From positions 3,947,003 to 4,011,002 of the forward strand of contig MU058065.1 in the NCBI GenBank assembly GCA_013265495.1: a DNA stretch of 64,000 nucleotides, given 5' to 3'. Below are positions 37,808 through 50,540 of the stretch, piece after piece. The notes beneath the pieces were generated by a model. The model had not been told where the DNA came from. It worked only from the letters and a program-made list of their open reading frames with translations, and made no database searches. The stretch's first letter is position 1. The number at the start of each line of letters is the position of its first letter. A program made the translations under genes and the position numbers. The DNA is from Vicugna vicugna (taxonomy: Eukaryota).

Positions 37808-40514
37808 AAATAACTTCAGCCTTAACCTGTAGTCAGTTATTCATCTCAACTACATAAACTTCAACTCTAAAAACTGGAAGATCACCAGTGCTGTTTAAAG
37901 TTTGAATACACCAAGTTTTGGCATATACTAGAAAAAGAAAGTCAAGTATATAGCCATATCTTTATCCACTTGAATGGAATTTTCTAAAATTGATGGACAT
38001 CATTAAAATACACTGTATTTGCGAATGACTACTCAGCACGTGGAATTCAGCGTCACGTGCTCTGAATGGATCTCATCCAAGAGGACTTAGTTCCAAGTCC
38101 ACCAGAAGGATCTCATTATATCACAGTTTCACCTATAGCAAAACCTGTGTCACTGCTTCCAAGGGCAGCAAAACATCAAGGCTCTTGGGTGGTGATGTGT
38201 GTTGGCATCTCGTCCCTCTTCATGTGCCATGTGAGGTTAATTACACCCATCTATTTGCATTACATGTGCTGTTTTACCATTTAGGCATTATAAGGTAGAG
38301 CACTTTCAGTAATAAAAGCTACCACTCACTGAATCTAGAATGGTATCATTCAGCCAAGCCCTAGGAATTTTATTCTGGGAACGTAAAATTCAGCAGTCTC
38401 CACACTCTGCCAGCATCGCTGTGAACCATCTACCACACCAGCATTCCAGCAAGAAAGTGGGGTTTCTCATCTCAGCTTTTGGTCATTTTCCAGATGCTAA
38501 ACTCTGACCATTCTGCAATTTTCTGCTTCTTCCCACCTACATGTGCCTTCATCCAACTTCTCAGTGTCCTAATTCCTTTGTCTCTGTTATCCAGCCTAAC
38601 CTCTTCCTCACGACATGCTATTATTACTCCCATCCAGCTTAGATCTTCACCTTCTCTACTTAGCCTCATCCCTGGGACCTCCCATGTAGTATGCAGGCCA
38701 GTTTGGGTCCAAGCTGTATTCCCTGCTGGGATCCTGATGTGTCTGAGTATTTCTGGGAGACCCGTAGGATGGTCCTTGCTGAAGTTTACTTATATGAAGA
38801 AAGCATCTCATCCTGAGAAATGGGAAAGTCAGCACCTAGTCAGTCGCAGTCATCAGAAGGGAGGGATAATCCTGAGTCAAAGCACATTGTTATTCATTCA
38901 TTCTTCCTTCCTTCACTCCTCCAGAGGCTGCAGTGATCTTAGGTCATACCTCACCTAATAGCCTTGAAAGCATCCTGATAGGGGACAAATGATCATCTAA
39001 TTTCAGCTTAAGCATCTGTAGCATCAAGCAACTAACTATGTGGGCCTATATCATGTGGTTTCCACACCCATCGTTTTACACGGAGTCGAAGAAGTGAGTG
39101 GTGGAGGGAAAGGTGGAAATAGCTGTCATCTGATGAGAAGTAGGACTTCTCAAGTAGGTCACCGTGTCCTAAGGTCACCCTTCCTGCCTTGAAGGCTCTT
39201 CGACTTTTATGAGGCTTCAGGGAATCTCTTGAGAATGAGGTCCCAATATGCTGTTTGAAAGAAGCGAACCTCAGTGATCCTGAGTCTCAGGCAGTGTTCA
39301 TCTGCAGTGACACACTTGAAAGACACAGGAAACAAAATATCTGTTTTCATCATCTTCTCCTCATTGTCATTTTTATGCAAAGCCAAATCATGGTCAGAAC
39401 TTACTTTATTAATTATCCATGAGAAACTACCATTAGAAATCAGAAAAAAACGCAGGGGTCACATGATCAATGCATACTTTCCCCCTAAGCCGACCTACAT
39501 GGGAAACCAAATTATAATCAGCAGTTTGACATGAATAGGGGATGGTAGATGGATTGAAATTCTAAGGGCAGAGTTAAGGTTTAATGACTGAGGCTAAGGG
39601 CTAAAACTGAGAATCTTGCCAGGGAACCTTGCATCTGCTACCGTGCTAGTGGTGGCTTTGTCGACAGCCCACGTCTGGAGGCTAAGACCCCTCGCATTAT
39701 GACTCTTCATGTCTGTGTTTCCATGGCTGAGCACACCTATCTTCACTTGTTAGATATGTTAATATATTCAAGCACGTTATAGTTAGTTTTGTAGGTCTCA
39801 GCTTTAATGGCACTTCATCAGGAAACTTCCCTGACATCAATCTAAATTTAGTCCTTTATGACACCGTGTCGTGTCAATCTGCACATTTTCCTTGAGAGCA
39901 ATTTTCACTATTTGTATTAGCGCACTTATTTGTGTTTTTATTTGTCTGTTGTCTGTCTTCCACTTAAACTTCTTAACTTGCATCTCTGTGATATGATCCA
40001 TTATGTATCGATCTTAAAATTTAACTATCAAAAGATGATGTTTCCTTATTTCCAAGTTGAGCATGAAGCAGGGTGGTGGTGATGAATTCATCAGTGTAGC
40101 CTCTCAATTGCCACAATACTCGTGTTCACTATGGCTGCTGTTTTTCTTTTCTACCCTCTCTTAACATCTCTGCCTATTTATCACCATTTCTTGTTGGAAT
40201 ACTTTGTCTGGCATCTGTGGCTCTACAGCATGATGGTTTTCTTCGTAATATTTGGCTACTCTCTCCCAACCACAACAAATGTGGCTATTCCTAAAGGTTT
40301 TACCATTGCTATACTCTTGTCTTGAAGAAAATACATTGAATATACTGATTTGTGTTATTCCCATTAATTCACTGAGGATGTAGTTATTGAGAACCTATTA
40401 TGTGCCGAACACTGAATTATAGGCTGCCTTCTGAAGAAGAGTGTGTTGCATGTCTGTAATCAAGTTGCTCACCATCCTGTTGGTGAAAATAGTCACTCTG
40501 TGTTTTCAAATATG

Positions 40515-41060
40515 GTTACTAACACAAAATGAGGTATTGCTTGGCCAACAGATGAGGAAATGATTGCCATTGAAAGGACAGATTGTTACTCGTCAGTTTC
40601 CAGGAGGAGGGGGCATGCCACTCGATGGGGGAGCGGGGAAAGCAAGAGGAAGCTCTGTGGCTGTTAAGGAAGCAGAAAGCGGGAGGAAATTGTGGGTGAG
40701 AGCCTTTACTGTGGCTTCCATGAGCAGGAACTGGTGAAGCAGGGTAAGCAGATTCAGGATTGGCTAATTTGAATACATTCGACATGCTGTGGGGAATAGA
40801 GTCTGTTACTAGTTGTTTAGTACCTGGCCCTGGAGTGATCAGGGCAGGTGGGTAGAGGCCCAGAGTGTAAAACCAATAAAAGAGGTGGTTGGCATGTGGG
40901 TTCTGGATTGCTTGGTTTGCATTTAAAAAGCATGCTCATAGATGAGCTGTTCACATCTCTAGAAACTGGTTACCCTGGAAGGGGCAGTCTTTCTAGGGTC
41001 AGCAAGCCTCCAGATAGCAAAGCATCAGAATGCAGAAGTTAATAGTCTTGCTCAATGCAC
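40515..41060 (-). mobile_element. MER74-like ERVL solo LTR
   Basis: GCAGGGTAAGCAG...AGGATTGGCTA...TACCTGGCCCTGG...GGGGCAGTCT...GGGTCAGCAAG...CAAAGCATCAGAAT. Confidence 0.75.
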
Positions 41061-41063
41061 TGT

Positions 41064-41390
41064 AGTATAAGTCAGGATAAGCTAAGTTATGTCGCTATAA
41101 CACAAAAATTCAAAACATCTTTTTTCTTCCTTTCTCACAAAGTTGGCTGTGGGTCTGGCTGACTTTCTACACAGCTTGCCCTCATGTTGTAGCCAAATGA
41201 TCCAGCCTGCTTCCGTCCCAACACTCTGTTGCCTTAACTCAAGTTTTTCATGCTTATCATGGCAGAGAAGATAGGTCCCAGAGGACTGCATAGCCTTTTC
41301 TCACTGCCTGAGTCCCAAAGGGGCACAGCGTCTTCTCACAGTCCCTTGCTAGAACTACTCACCTGGCCTTACCTGTGGAGATGGAGCTGG
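41064..41390 (-). mobile_element. MLT1J/I-like LTR fragment
   Basis: AGTCAGGATAAGCTAAGTTATG...TCATGGCAGAG...CTCACAGTCCCTTG.TAGAACTA.TCAC.TGGCC. Confidence 0.6.
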
Positions 41391-42946
41391 GCTGTATTAC
41401 CGCTCATTTGCCTCAAGAGTCACGGTCGGATGCTGTTGCTGACGTGACCAGTGGACAGTCCAAAGCTAGGGTTTGGATGGAGGACAGGACCAAGCCTAAG
41501 AACACCAGCAGCATCAGCAAATGCCTTGGAGTCGAGACCATATCGAAACAAGCCATGTGCGGCACCAGACACCGACACCAGGGCCCTAACAACAGACGCC
41601 ACTGTCCGGAGGCCCAGAAAGATGAAGTTCACCTCACCTGGAGGTCAGTGGGAGCCAGGGAGAACTGGGTGACAGCACCGGATGGATGAACCCATGCTCC
41701 AGACCTCCTGTAGCCAAGGTGCCAGCTGGGGAGAAGATGGGAAGGGACAAAGCAAGTGGCAAAAGTGGACATTTACCCCAAAGAGGCTGAGTTAGCCCAG
41801 AAGAGGTTGGGTGTCAAATCAGAAATGGATCTAACTGAATGCGCAGTTGTTTTTTTCCTATTCCCAAATAGAAACATGGGCTCCCAAACTAAGCTGAGTT
41901 CATTTATAAAGAGTATGTGTATATGTGTATACACACACACACATACATATATTTAGCATATTCCAGTTTGAGACCTTGCATTGAACACCCCCTACATGTA
42001 TCTAGTTTAATTTTCATTTATTATGAGTGAAGTTGCCATTCTTTGCCCGGAATCAAAATCAGGTTGTAGGTTGTCGGGGGGTGGGTCACCTATGTTTGTG
42101 TATATTAACTCTACATTTCAGCCATTCACAAGCACCTAGCATTTTCTTTTGACAAATATGTATTGAGCATCAGTTATGCTTCAGAAACCATGTAAGACTC
42201 TAAGGATACCATAGTAAACAGGACCAACATAATACCTACAATTATAAAGCTTATGGTTTACCACAGGGCATTTTAAAAATTGCTCAAATAATAAATTACA
42301 GTTGTAACAAATGCTATGAAAGAGAAGGTGGCAGTGCTATGAAGTGTGTAACAAAGGAGTCTGTTGTGCATTCCTGCTACTTCTGACTTCTTTCTCTTGC
42401 CCTCTGCCTAGCATTCCCGCTCCTTATTTCTGTGTATCAAATCCCCAAGCAGCCTCCCACACAAACTCAAATATGAGGTCTTCCCTGCTTATCTCAACAA
42501 GAATCACCCTACCTTCCCTTTGTACCCAGTGGCACATCGATTACCACTTTCCTCAGCCAAGACTGAAAATGAGTGGCTTACATGAGAAGGTTTTTAAACA
42601 TTTCTGTACATGGCAGGGACCAGTCTCCTGCACATTAGAAACCTCCTAGTGTAATACTTTGCAAATAGAGATTCACAATAAATATTTGCTAACTAAATAA
42701 ATCATGTTCAAATCCAAATTAGACAATTCTGTCTCTTGTGTATCAAAAATCTATTTCAATACTATTAATGTTGTTTATGACTGAATTAATGATATAAGCC
42801 CAATGTGGGGTATTCAAATAAAATGTAAAAAAAAAAAAGGGTAACTTTTAACTTATCTGCAAAAACAGTACTTAGTGTTTGGGTAGCATTGTCAAATTGA
42901 GAATGGCTTTTCTTGTTTTTCCATGTTGTGTATTTCAAATGTTCTA

Positions 42947-43167
42947 CAGCTGACCCTTGAAAAAAATGTGAGGATTGGAGCACCCACCCTCCATTCAGTC
43001 GAAAATTTGCATGTCGCTTTATAGTCAGCCCTATTCATCTGTGATTTGCATCTGTAGATTCAACCAACCTTGAATAGTGTTGTCTGTAGTTTTTATTTAT
43101 TGGAAAAGAAATTCATGTATAAGTGGACCTATGCAATTCAAACCCACATTGTTCAAGGGTATATATG
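42947..43167. mobile_element. Tigger2-family MITE with TIRs and TA TSD
   Basis: TA|CAGCTGACCCTTGAA...TATAAGTGGACC...TTCAAACCC...TTGTTCAAGGGTATATATG|TA. Confidence 0.8.
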
Positions 43168-43665
43168 TAGTAAACTGTGTTTACTTGTAGTAAAGAATAT
43201 CAACAAGATATTAGGATGCAAAAGAAAAGCTAACTGCCTTCATTCCCTAGACCCTCATTCAAGTTCTTTTATCCAAAGGATCTCATTAAAGCCTCAGAAA
43301 CACCTTGTGAGTGGGCATTACTCTTGTCTTAATATCATGGGTAAGGGGCCCACGTGTCTCCCAAATTTAGTGACTAGACCAAAATTGAGCAGTCAAATCA
43401 TGGAGGAGCTGTGCCTTACCCAGGCTCTTCTGCCTGGATAACCTCTTGTCACAAGAAAGGTCCTTCCTTTGTCTGAGTTTTCATTTCCTTCACTGCTATG
43501 CCAGAGGTCATCTGCGTGGTTTTGAAGAGAGGAATTTTTATTCATTCACTCATTTCTCTATGAACCAGACAGAAGGTTAGATATTGGAGCTGTGGTTATG
43601 AGCCCAAAGCAGATGCAGTCCTCACCCCATGATTATGGCAGCCCAGCTTTGTGGTTTGAGAGACA

Positions 43666-44167
43666 TGTGGAAATAAGCGAAGACCACTCCAATGAGAACC
43701 AGCAAGGCTATCTCAGGAAGTCAGCCACCATCACTTGCATTTGACAGAGACTCAGAGGCAAGGAGGAGAGTGGAGAAGCTTTACAGTGGAGAGGGGGAAA
43801 GGTTCAGGTGTGCCTTGATTGGAGGCTGCTGGCCTGGGGATGCCACAGGCAGGCTGACTAGAAGCAGTGAGTCCCACGTGATTGGTCAGAAGTGGACACA
43901 GGGCTTTCTCCAATTGGTCCCAAGTCAGAAGCTGGGACAAGAATTAGGGAAGCTGTTAATATTTATCAAGACCAGGCTGCTTTGAGCTGACTGGCACAGG
44001 GACAACTGTCTGGTTGTGTGGATGAGTTGTTCCAGATAGTAGTTTGGTTTCTTGGATTGCTTACTGTAGACAGACAGGTTGGCTCCCTGGGCTGGTTGTG
44101 GTGGGTTGTAGGTCAAAGCCCTATATTTATATATAATCTGGCCATTGTCTGCATATTCATCCTCACA
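43666..44167 (-). mobile_element. MER90/MER110-like ERV1 solo LTR
   Basis: TG...CA ends; GGCTTTCTC...AATTAGGGAAGCTG...CTGGGCTGGTTG...TCTGGCCATTGTC. Confidence 0.7.
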
Positions 44168-44284
44168 AGTCTATTTGACAGATTTCCCTCAGACTGCCCC
44201 CTACAATGGGCTGTTTTCTATAAATTCATTTCTAAGTTGACAAATGGGGCTTCCAAGCACGTCCCCTCCCCAAAGAGCCAATGA

Positions 44285-44530
44285 TTAATAGCTATCCTTT
44301 AGCAATAACTTAGGATATGCCAGGCTAAGCCTGATCCATGTACCCTTTCATTCAGTCCTCACAATGACCCTGCGTGGTAGACATTAGTGTTTCCATCTTA
44401 CAGACGAGAATTCTGAGACACAGAGGAGTTAAGAAACTTGCTCAAGGTCCTCTGTGTTAGCAGTGTAGGAGCAGGGATTTTCTCTAAGCCAATCGAACTC
44501 TAAAACTTTGATTTTAACCAACGTACTATT
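44285..44530 (-). mobile_element. MIR
   Basis: TCCTCACAATGACCCTG...TTACAGACGAG...TGAGACACAGAG...TTGCTCAAGGTC. Confidence 0.8.
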
Positions 44531-47500
44531 GTCTCTGTACTACTGGTCCCCTAGCTGGCCCTCAGCATCTAACAATTCCCTTCTTATAAAGTCAGAATGT
44601 AGTCATGGCTACCCACACGGTTGCAGGGGTGAAGGACAGGGCCAGAATCAGCAGGGACTCTGAGAACAGAGTACATGGATGGCTCCCCCAAGTACAAACA
44701 TGAAAGGGCTTCGGTGGAGGGCATGGTCGTACTGCAGAATAGATCATATTTAAGGTCAGCTGTTCACAGTCAAGGACAGCTTTTTTTTTTTTTTAATCCC
44801 TGACATTTCTGCGGTCCAAAGTAGAATATGTGTGCACTGGTTTTGCATGTCACATAGGTGGCAACAATGTGGCATGGACTGTCCATCACTCATCCTTGTG
44901 TCCCTGTCCCCTGCAGTACAGCCACCTAGGGAGCCCTGTGTGCAGCTACTTACCAACATTTTTCTACCTTTTTCATTTGCAATTATACCTTTACTTTCCA
45001 GGCATGGAAAAGGGTCACCTGAGTGCAAATCTTTGTACACAGTGGGTGTTCAGTACTTTTGGCAGGTGTGCCAAGAAAGGCAATGAAAACCATTGTGATT
45101 TTTCTTGCCTGAAAGACAACTCCCTGGAGTCCTGGAAATCTAAATTATAACTTAAGTCAATAGTTTGCCTTAAAAGGGTATTTTTCATACATTGGTAGCA
45201 TGAGAAATGAAATAATAAGAACATTCTCTTTAGCTATAATATATAATATCGTTTCCGAGTGACTTACCTTTTTTTCCCTTGTAATGAAAATTCAAACACT
45301 ATTGAGGTGATATAAATGTGTGAATTACTTTAGAGTAATCTTAAACATGTCCAACAATGTTTCTCAAGACTGTTGCTGCTCTCCACTTATCTTAAAGCAG
45401 TGCTAATAAGGAAGCACAGATATTATAAGGGTGTGATTGGATGGTAGGGTTTTGATGTCTTGTTACATCATAACCTTAACATTCCATTTGTAGGAAAGGA
45501 CCTGCAGACTTATTATTCCAGTGCAACTAAGCAAGGCACTTGGGAGGCTTCATCAACTCTTACAAGACTCTGATGTCCAGTTTAGTAAATTATGGCTCCA
45601 GTGTACAAAGTAATATGTTTCCTTAAAGTTCCCATTGGAGCCAAATTCTTAGCTCAGGTCTAGAAATATCACTAGCCAGTTGGGAAATCCTGACATGAAG
45701 TTGATTGAAGATCGGCCATATCGTGGGTGTGTCTCTGAACAAGATGGGCCCCTACATCTTAATCTATGCCTGTGTAGTGGGTCTGGGCTGGAAGTGAGGC
45801 CGCTTCATAGCAAAAGGGTATTAAGAGTGTTTTTCTCAAGGTACAAGTTGGCCAACGTGACCCATTGTCAATGGGTGATGGAGTCTCACTCATTTATCTG
45901 TTTGCTTCTTCAGCATTCTGATGGCCAAGAACCAGCTGTTTGATGACAATTTCCCAAGGATCAGCTTAGAGAGAAGTGCCTTTTTGCCATCCAAGTCAGG
46001 ACTTCTGAGCCTGGGTAAGGTGGCCATCACTAATGCACGTGCCTGAGCTGATTCTTCTTGCTGGAGCCTGTGCTGGCTGTGCTGCTCCAGGCTGTCCAGG
46101 CTGGCTCAGGCTACCTGCGCACCAGACACCTGATCCATTCTCATTTGAGTCCCATATCCATCCAGGTCCAGCTTTTTGGTTTTGTTTCCAAATCCATCCT
46201 CAATTCCTGGCTCTGTATCAGATGAACTTTCTCCAACAGGCTTGGCCGTTCTCCTTGCTCACATTGTGCTAGAAAATACAATAGAAAACCCATCTTTCAC
46301 TCTGCAACCATAGAAACCGGCTCTAATGCTAGCAATTTCATAGCTATGTCAATAGGAGCAGCCCCAGCAGTACGAGAGAGGAGAGTACACAGAGCCTGTG
46401 GGTCAAGTTGAAGTATAAAGGTCAAAGATAGTATGGCATTTCTGTGGGTGGCTCAGTGTAGAAAATTAAAATATGATAATAGGGATTTGATACTTACTTC
46501 TTTTGATGTTGTGTTGCAGCTGTGAAGTTTAAAAACCTGTAACTAGCCTTTTAATCAATGTGAGAAATGGGATGTAACCATTTCTAAACTAGTCTGAAGC
46601 TCTTCTAGTTTAAGAAAGGATATTTACAATAAACTTTTTGAAAGTCGTTTCAAACACCTGACTGCTGGAACTGACATCTTGTAAAATGTCACCTCATCCT
46701 GGCATTGCTATCCAAAGACAAGTGTAGTGTTGATAAAAGATGGAGGAACTCATTTGCGACTGTTGACTCAGCATTTGATAACCTGAATTTAGTATTCGAG
46801 TAACACAGTCAGGCTCCATTCCATCGCTTAAACTTGCTGCCTGTAGAAGACGGCTCCCTCATTAGAATGACAGAGTTGAGCCAAGGGACCCTGGGCTACA
46901 CTGAGCAAGGCCAGTCCCTTCCTTCTCCTCCCCCTACCCGTGCCCTACTTCTTGAAAATTTAATTTTCACCTTAATAGAGGAAGCCAGCATTCGAAAGAA
47001 TTTTCTCTGGAATGGGTAACACTCAGAGATTACCAAGGCTCTCTTAACCCCAAGAGAACTGTTCATTTAAAGGGTCAGGATCTCAAAAGGATTAAATGGG
47101 CTAACGGATATAAAAATGCATTATAAAGTATAGATTTTATATGAAAAAAAAAACGAATGAATGCATACGTTCAATTTGGGCATCACTGTTATGGAAATCC
47201 TGCTGGGACTCCAAGGTACTGCTTAAGTCTCCCCTCTGCGAAGAAGCTTACAGTGAGTCCCAGCGCTTAGCTCTCTTTTCTGCTGAGCTACAGAACCACG
47301 GTCTGATACTTCGCCTACACACCCTGTCACGTGGCATGCCTGTTTTCTCTCAAACCCTTGAAGGGAGGTATCATGTATCCTCACAAAATAGGCACCAGAT
47401 GCATTTATTGATCAGAGGATCATGAAGAGATACATTTGTTGGGACAGGGAATTCCTAGACAGCCACATCTGATGCATCCACGTTCTTCCAGCCAATCTCA

Positions 47501-48349
47501 CTTCTGCTTTTAGACTTGCTGACACCAACATCCCACAGTAGTTGTGAGCATCACGTTCAATGATGTCTGCGGAAATTTGTTGTAAGCTGTAAACTGCAAA
47601 CTGGCTGCAAAGGGTTAATATTGTAGGGTTACCATCAAAAGTCCGAAACAGAATATGTGTATGAGATGAATTTAGATGATTCATCAAACATCAGTTAGGG
47701 TAGTATTTCTTTCCTCCAGGTGAGAAGTGGTAAGGTAGAATACAGTATTTTCTGGGATTCTGAAAATCTGGGCTCAAATTCTGGGTTTGCCATTGGCTTT
47801 GTGTCTGGGCTGAGCTCCACTTTTTTTCTTTTGTGCAATTAGGAAATATGACATTTTGGTTTCTAAACTATCTTCTGGCTGTACAGGTAAACAAACTGTT
47901 GTAAGATTTAGCTTTCAGTCCTTTCATTTCCATGAAGTGTGGCAGGATAAACAGAAGAATATTCTATAGGAAATCCACCCAATTTTTTCAGTTCTATTTG
48001 AGTAGAGAAAAATAGCAATTTACTAATCAGATCCCTCTGATTTCAATCTTGTTATAGAAGGAGAGGGGGAGAAAAGGAACATTTCATTAATAGACCATCA
48101 CAACAAAATAAAAGCATATATGAGGTTAAAAATGCCAGTTTCTCAGACTTAAATATGATCTTTCATTATGAAATTCTTTGGATATTGGATTCTCTCTATG
48201 AACACAGATAATTCCAAAATTATTTTTATTGGAGCCCTTACCAGGTTTGTGGCACAAGATACTTGTCAGTGGAACAGGAGTTAAAATTTCAATGCAGAGA
48301 ATCTCAGTTGAATCTAAGGAGAAATTTCGTAAGTAAATTACACAAACAT

Positions 48350-49200
48350 TACTTGGTAGAGGAGCTTAGAGGAGGAATGACATTTCAAACCGAGATGCCC
48401 AGAGAAAGCTTTACGGAAGAGTTTGATATGAGCTAGGATGTATTAAAGAATGAAAGGTACGTTGAGTAGCAGATGCCAGGGGTAATAGTGCAAAGGTGGG
48501 AACATACAAAGGATGTTCTTCTGACAGTGCGTAAAGCAGCCAGATTGCAGAAGGTCAGATACGGTGGTGGTGGGAGATAAGGCTTGAAAAACAGGTTCGC
48601 CCTAACTGGGGATGACATTGAGTGACATTGCATGGATGAACTTCAAAGGGCTTTATCCTTTAGGCGGTGGGAGCACATACAAAACTTTTTTTTAAAAGAC
48701 AGTAATGGATTGAAATGTTTTAGTTTTAAAAATTTCTATCATTCAGCAGAATGAGTTTAAAGAGGAGAGGGTGACAACGAGCAGAAAAATTAACACGTTT
48801 TTCCCAAAGTCCAGGTCTGTGTTGACAAAATCCTGAAAATGGTCGGGTGGCAGTAGGAGTTGAAAAAAGGCAGAGAAGCAACATACTGAGAAGGGAGAAT
48901 TGTCTGGGGAGGGGCGACAGGTGAGAGAAACAAGACAGAAATGGCTGTGAGGTTTTAGGGCTGGGAAATTAAGCAAATTAGTGGTTCTCCTATAAAGAAG
49001 AGAAAGGGAAGCAGGCATGTTTTGAGGAGTGTAACCAGGTCTTCAGTTTTTTGGGTAGTGAATTTGAACAGTGGAAATGGAATCTCGGCGGAGGTAAGCA
49101 GCGGTAGAAGAGCTAGCAGGCGACCATCTCTCACAGAACATAGATGTCACAGGTATGGCATTATCCAGGGTTGAGAGCAAGGGGCCTGTCAGGCCGGCTT
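48350..49200 (-). mobile_element. L2 fragment
   Basis: CAGAGAAAGCTT...TGCAAAGG...GGAGATAAGGCT...GTGGCAGTAGGAG...CAGTGGAAATG. Confidence 0.7.
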
Positions 49201-49214
49201 TGCATTCACTGCTG

Positions 49215-49570
49215 TGTGAACCTGGCCTGGAGCAGCAGAGGTTGGGTTCTAGCGGGAGACCCTCCTGCCTTTCGCTCTCTGCCCTGACATCAGGTAAGTT
49301 TCTTAACCAGCTGTGCCTCAGTTTCCTCTCCTGTGAAAACAGACAATAACAGTGCCCACCTCTTAGGATTAAGGAAACAAGTCTGCATAAAGTGTTTGGG
49401 AGACACTAAGCTATTTTTATTAACTTTCTAAACCTTGATTTTCTCATGTGTAAAACTAGAATTAATTAGAATTATAATAGCATTTACTTAGGAACATACT
49501 CTGAGAATTAAATATTAAAAAAGTATGCAAAGCTCTGGGTAAAATGACTAGTCTATAGCAAGAGTTCACT
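49215..49570 (+). mobile_element. Two MIR fragments
   Basis: CTGTGCCTCAGTTTCCTCTCCTGTGAAA; TTTTCTCATGTGTAAAA...TGAGAATTAAAT. Confidence 0.75.
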
Positions 49571-49607
49571 CTGAATAACTACTTAAATCACTCAAGAAAT
49601 AGTTATC

Positions 49608-49794
49608 TATATAAAATAGACAAACAAGGATCTACTGTATAGCACAGGAAGCTATATTCAATTTCTTATAATAACGCAATGGAAAAGAATCTGAAAAGAA
49701 AAAAGCATATATGTGTGTATGTACATGTATAACTGAATCACTTTGCTGTGCACTTGGAACTAACATTGTAAATCAATACACTTCAATAAAAAAA
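49608..49794 (+). mobile_element. Short L1 3' end with TSD
   Basis: CTACTGTATAGCACAGG...ATAACTGAATCACTTTGCTGT...CTTCAATAAAAAA; TSD AAATAGTTATC at 49597-49607 and 49795-49805. Confidence 0.9.
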
Positions 49795-50039
49795 AAATAG
49801 TTATCATGTGCCCAGCACACCAGGCACTTTCCTAGTAAAGTGAGGGTGTGTCAGTGAAGGAAACGAAGCACTCGCATCCTAGCGCGGTGAGACAGGCAAG
49901 GAACAGATGGTAATACAACGTTACGTGAAAAAAGCAAAGCAGATTTAGGGCACATGGAAGGATGCAGGTTGGCTTAGGCCGGGTGGTAAGGAAATGCCTC
50001 CCAAAGAGGTGACTTTTGAGCAGAGTTTTAGCAGAATGA

Positions 50040-50200
50040 AATGAGGGCGGAAACCAAGCTGTAATTCGCTGGGACCAGCTTCCGGACAGAGCCAATCACG
50101 CATGCGCCGTACCTGGCGGGCAGGTGCCTGGAGAACGCCAGGGCTGCGCGTGGCCGGGGCGCCGAGGAGGGAGGTGAGGTCTAGCGAGGGCAGGTCGTGG
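50040..50200 (+). promoter_or_regulatory. CpG micro-island, promoter-like motif cluster
   Basis: About 15 CpGs in 160 bp; GGGCGG 50045-50050, CTTCCGG 50079-50085, AGCCAATCA 50090-50098, CGCATGCGC 50099-50107, donor-like GAG|GTGAGG 50173/50174. Confidence 0.6.
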
Positions 50201-50203
50201 AGA

Positions 50204-50540
50204 GCAGTGCAGTCCAAGAGAACTAAAATGCGAGCTATATATGCTATGCAGCGTTAACTTTCCTAGCAGCTACATTTTAAAAAAGAAAAATGGGTGAAAT
50301 TAACCCAACATATCCAACACATCATTCCAACACATAATCACTATAAAAAAATTAACCAGAAATGTGTATGCTCTCTCCTTCGTTCCTCCCTCCTTGCTTG
50401 ATTTTTTTTTTCTCTTATTTTTCTCTCTTGGAGATGTGGTGGGCACTTTCCACTTACAGCACATTTCAATTCAGACCACCCACATATCAAGTGTTCAGTT
50501 GCCAAATGTGGCCATGGCTACCATCCTGTGTGGTGCAAAT
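50204..50540 (+). mobile_element. MER33-like hAT-Charlie MITE
   Basis: CAGTGCAGTCCAAGAGAA...AATGCGAGC...TTAACCCAACATATCC...CACTTACAGCACATTTCAATTC...TGGCTACCAT. Confidence 0.8.

Noticed and set aside
38479..38958. 159-aa ORF and nearby minus-strand exon-like segments
   Set aside because: No recognisable protein; the alternative frames I translated contain stops
46764..46776. ARE/MARE-like TGACTCAGCATTT
   Set aside because: Isolated motif without supporting context
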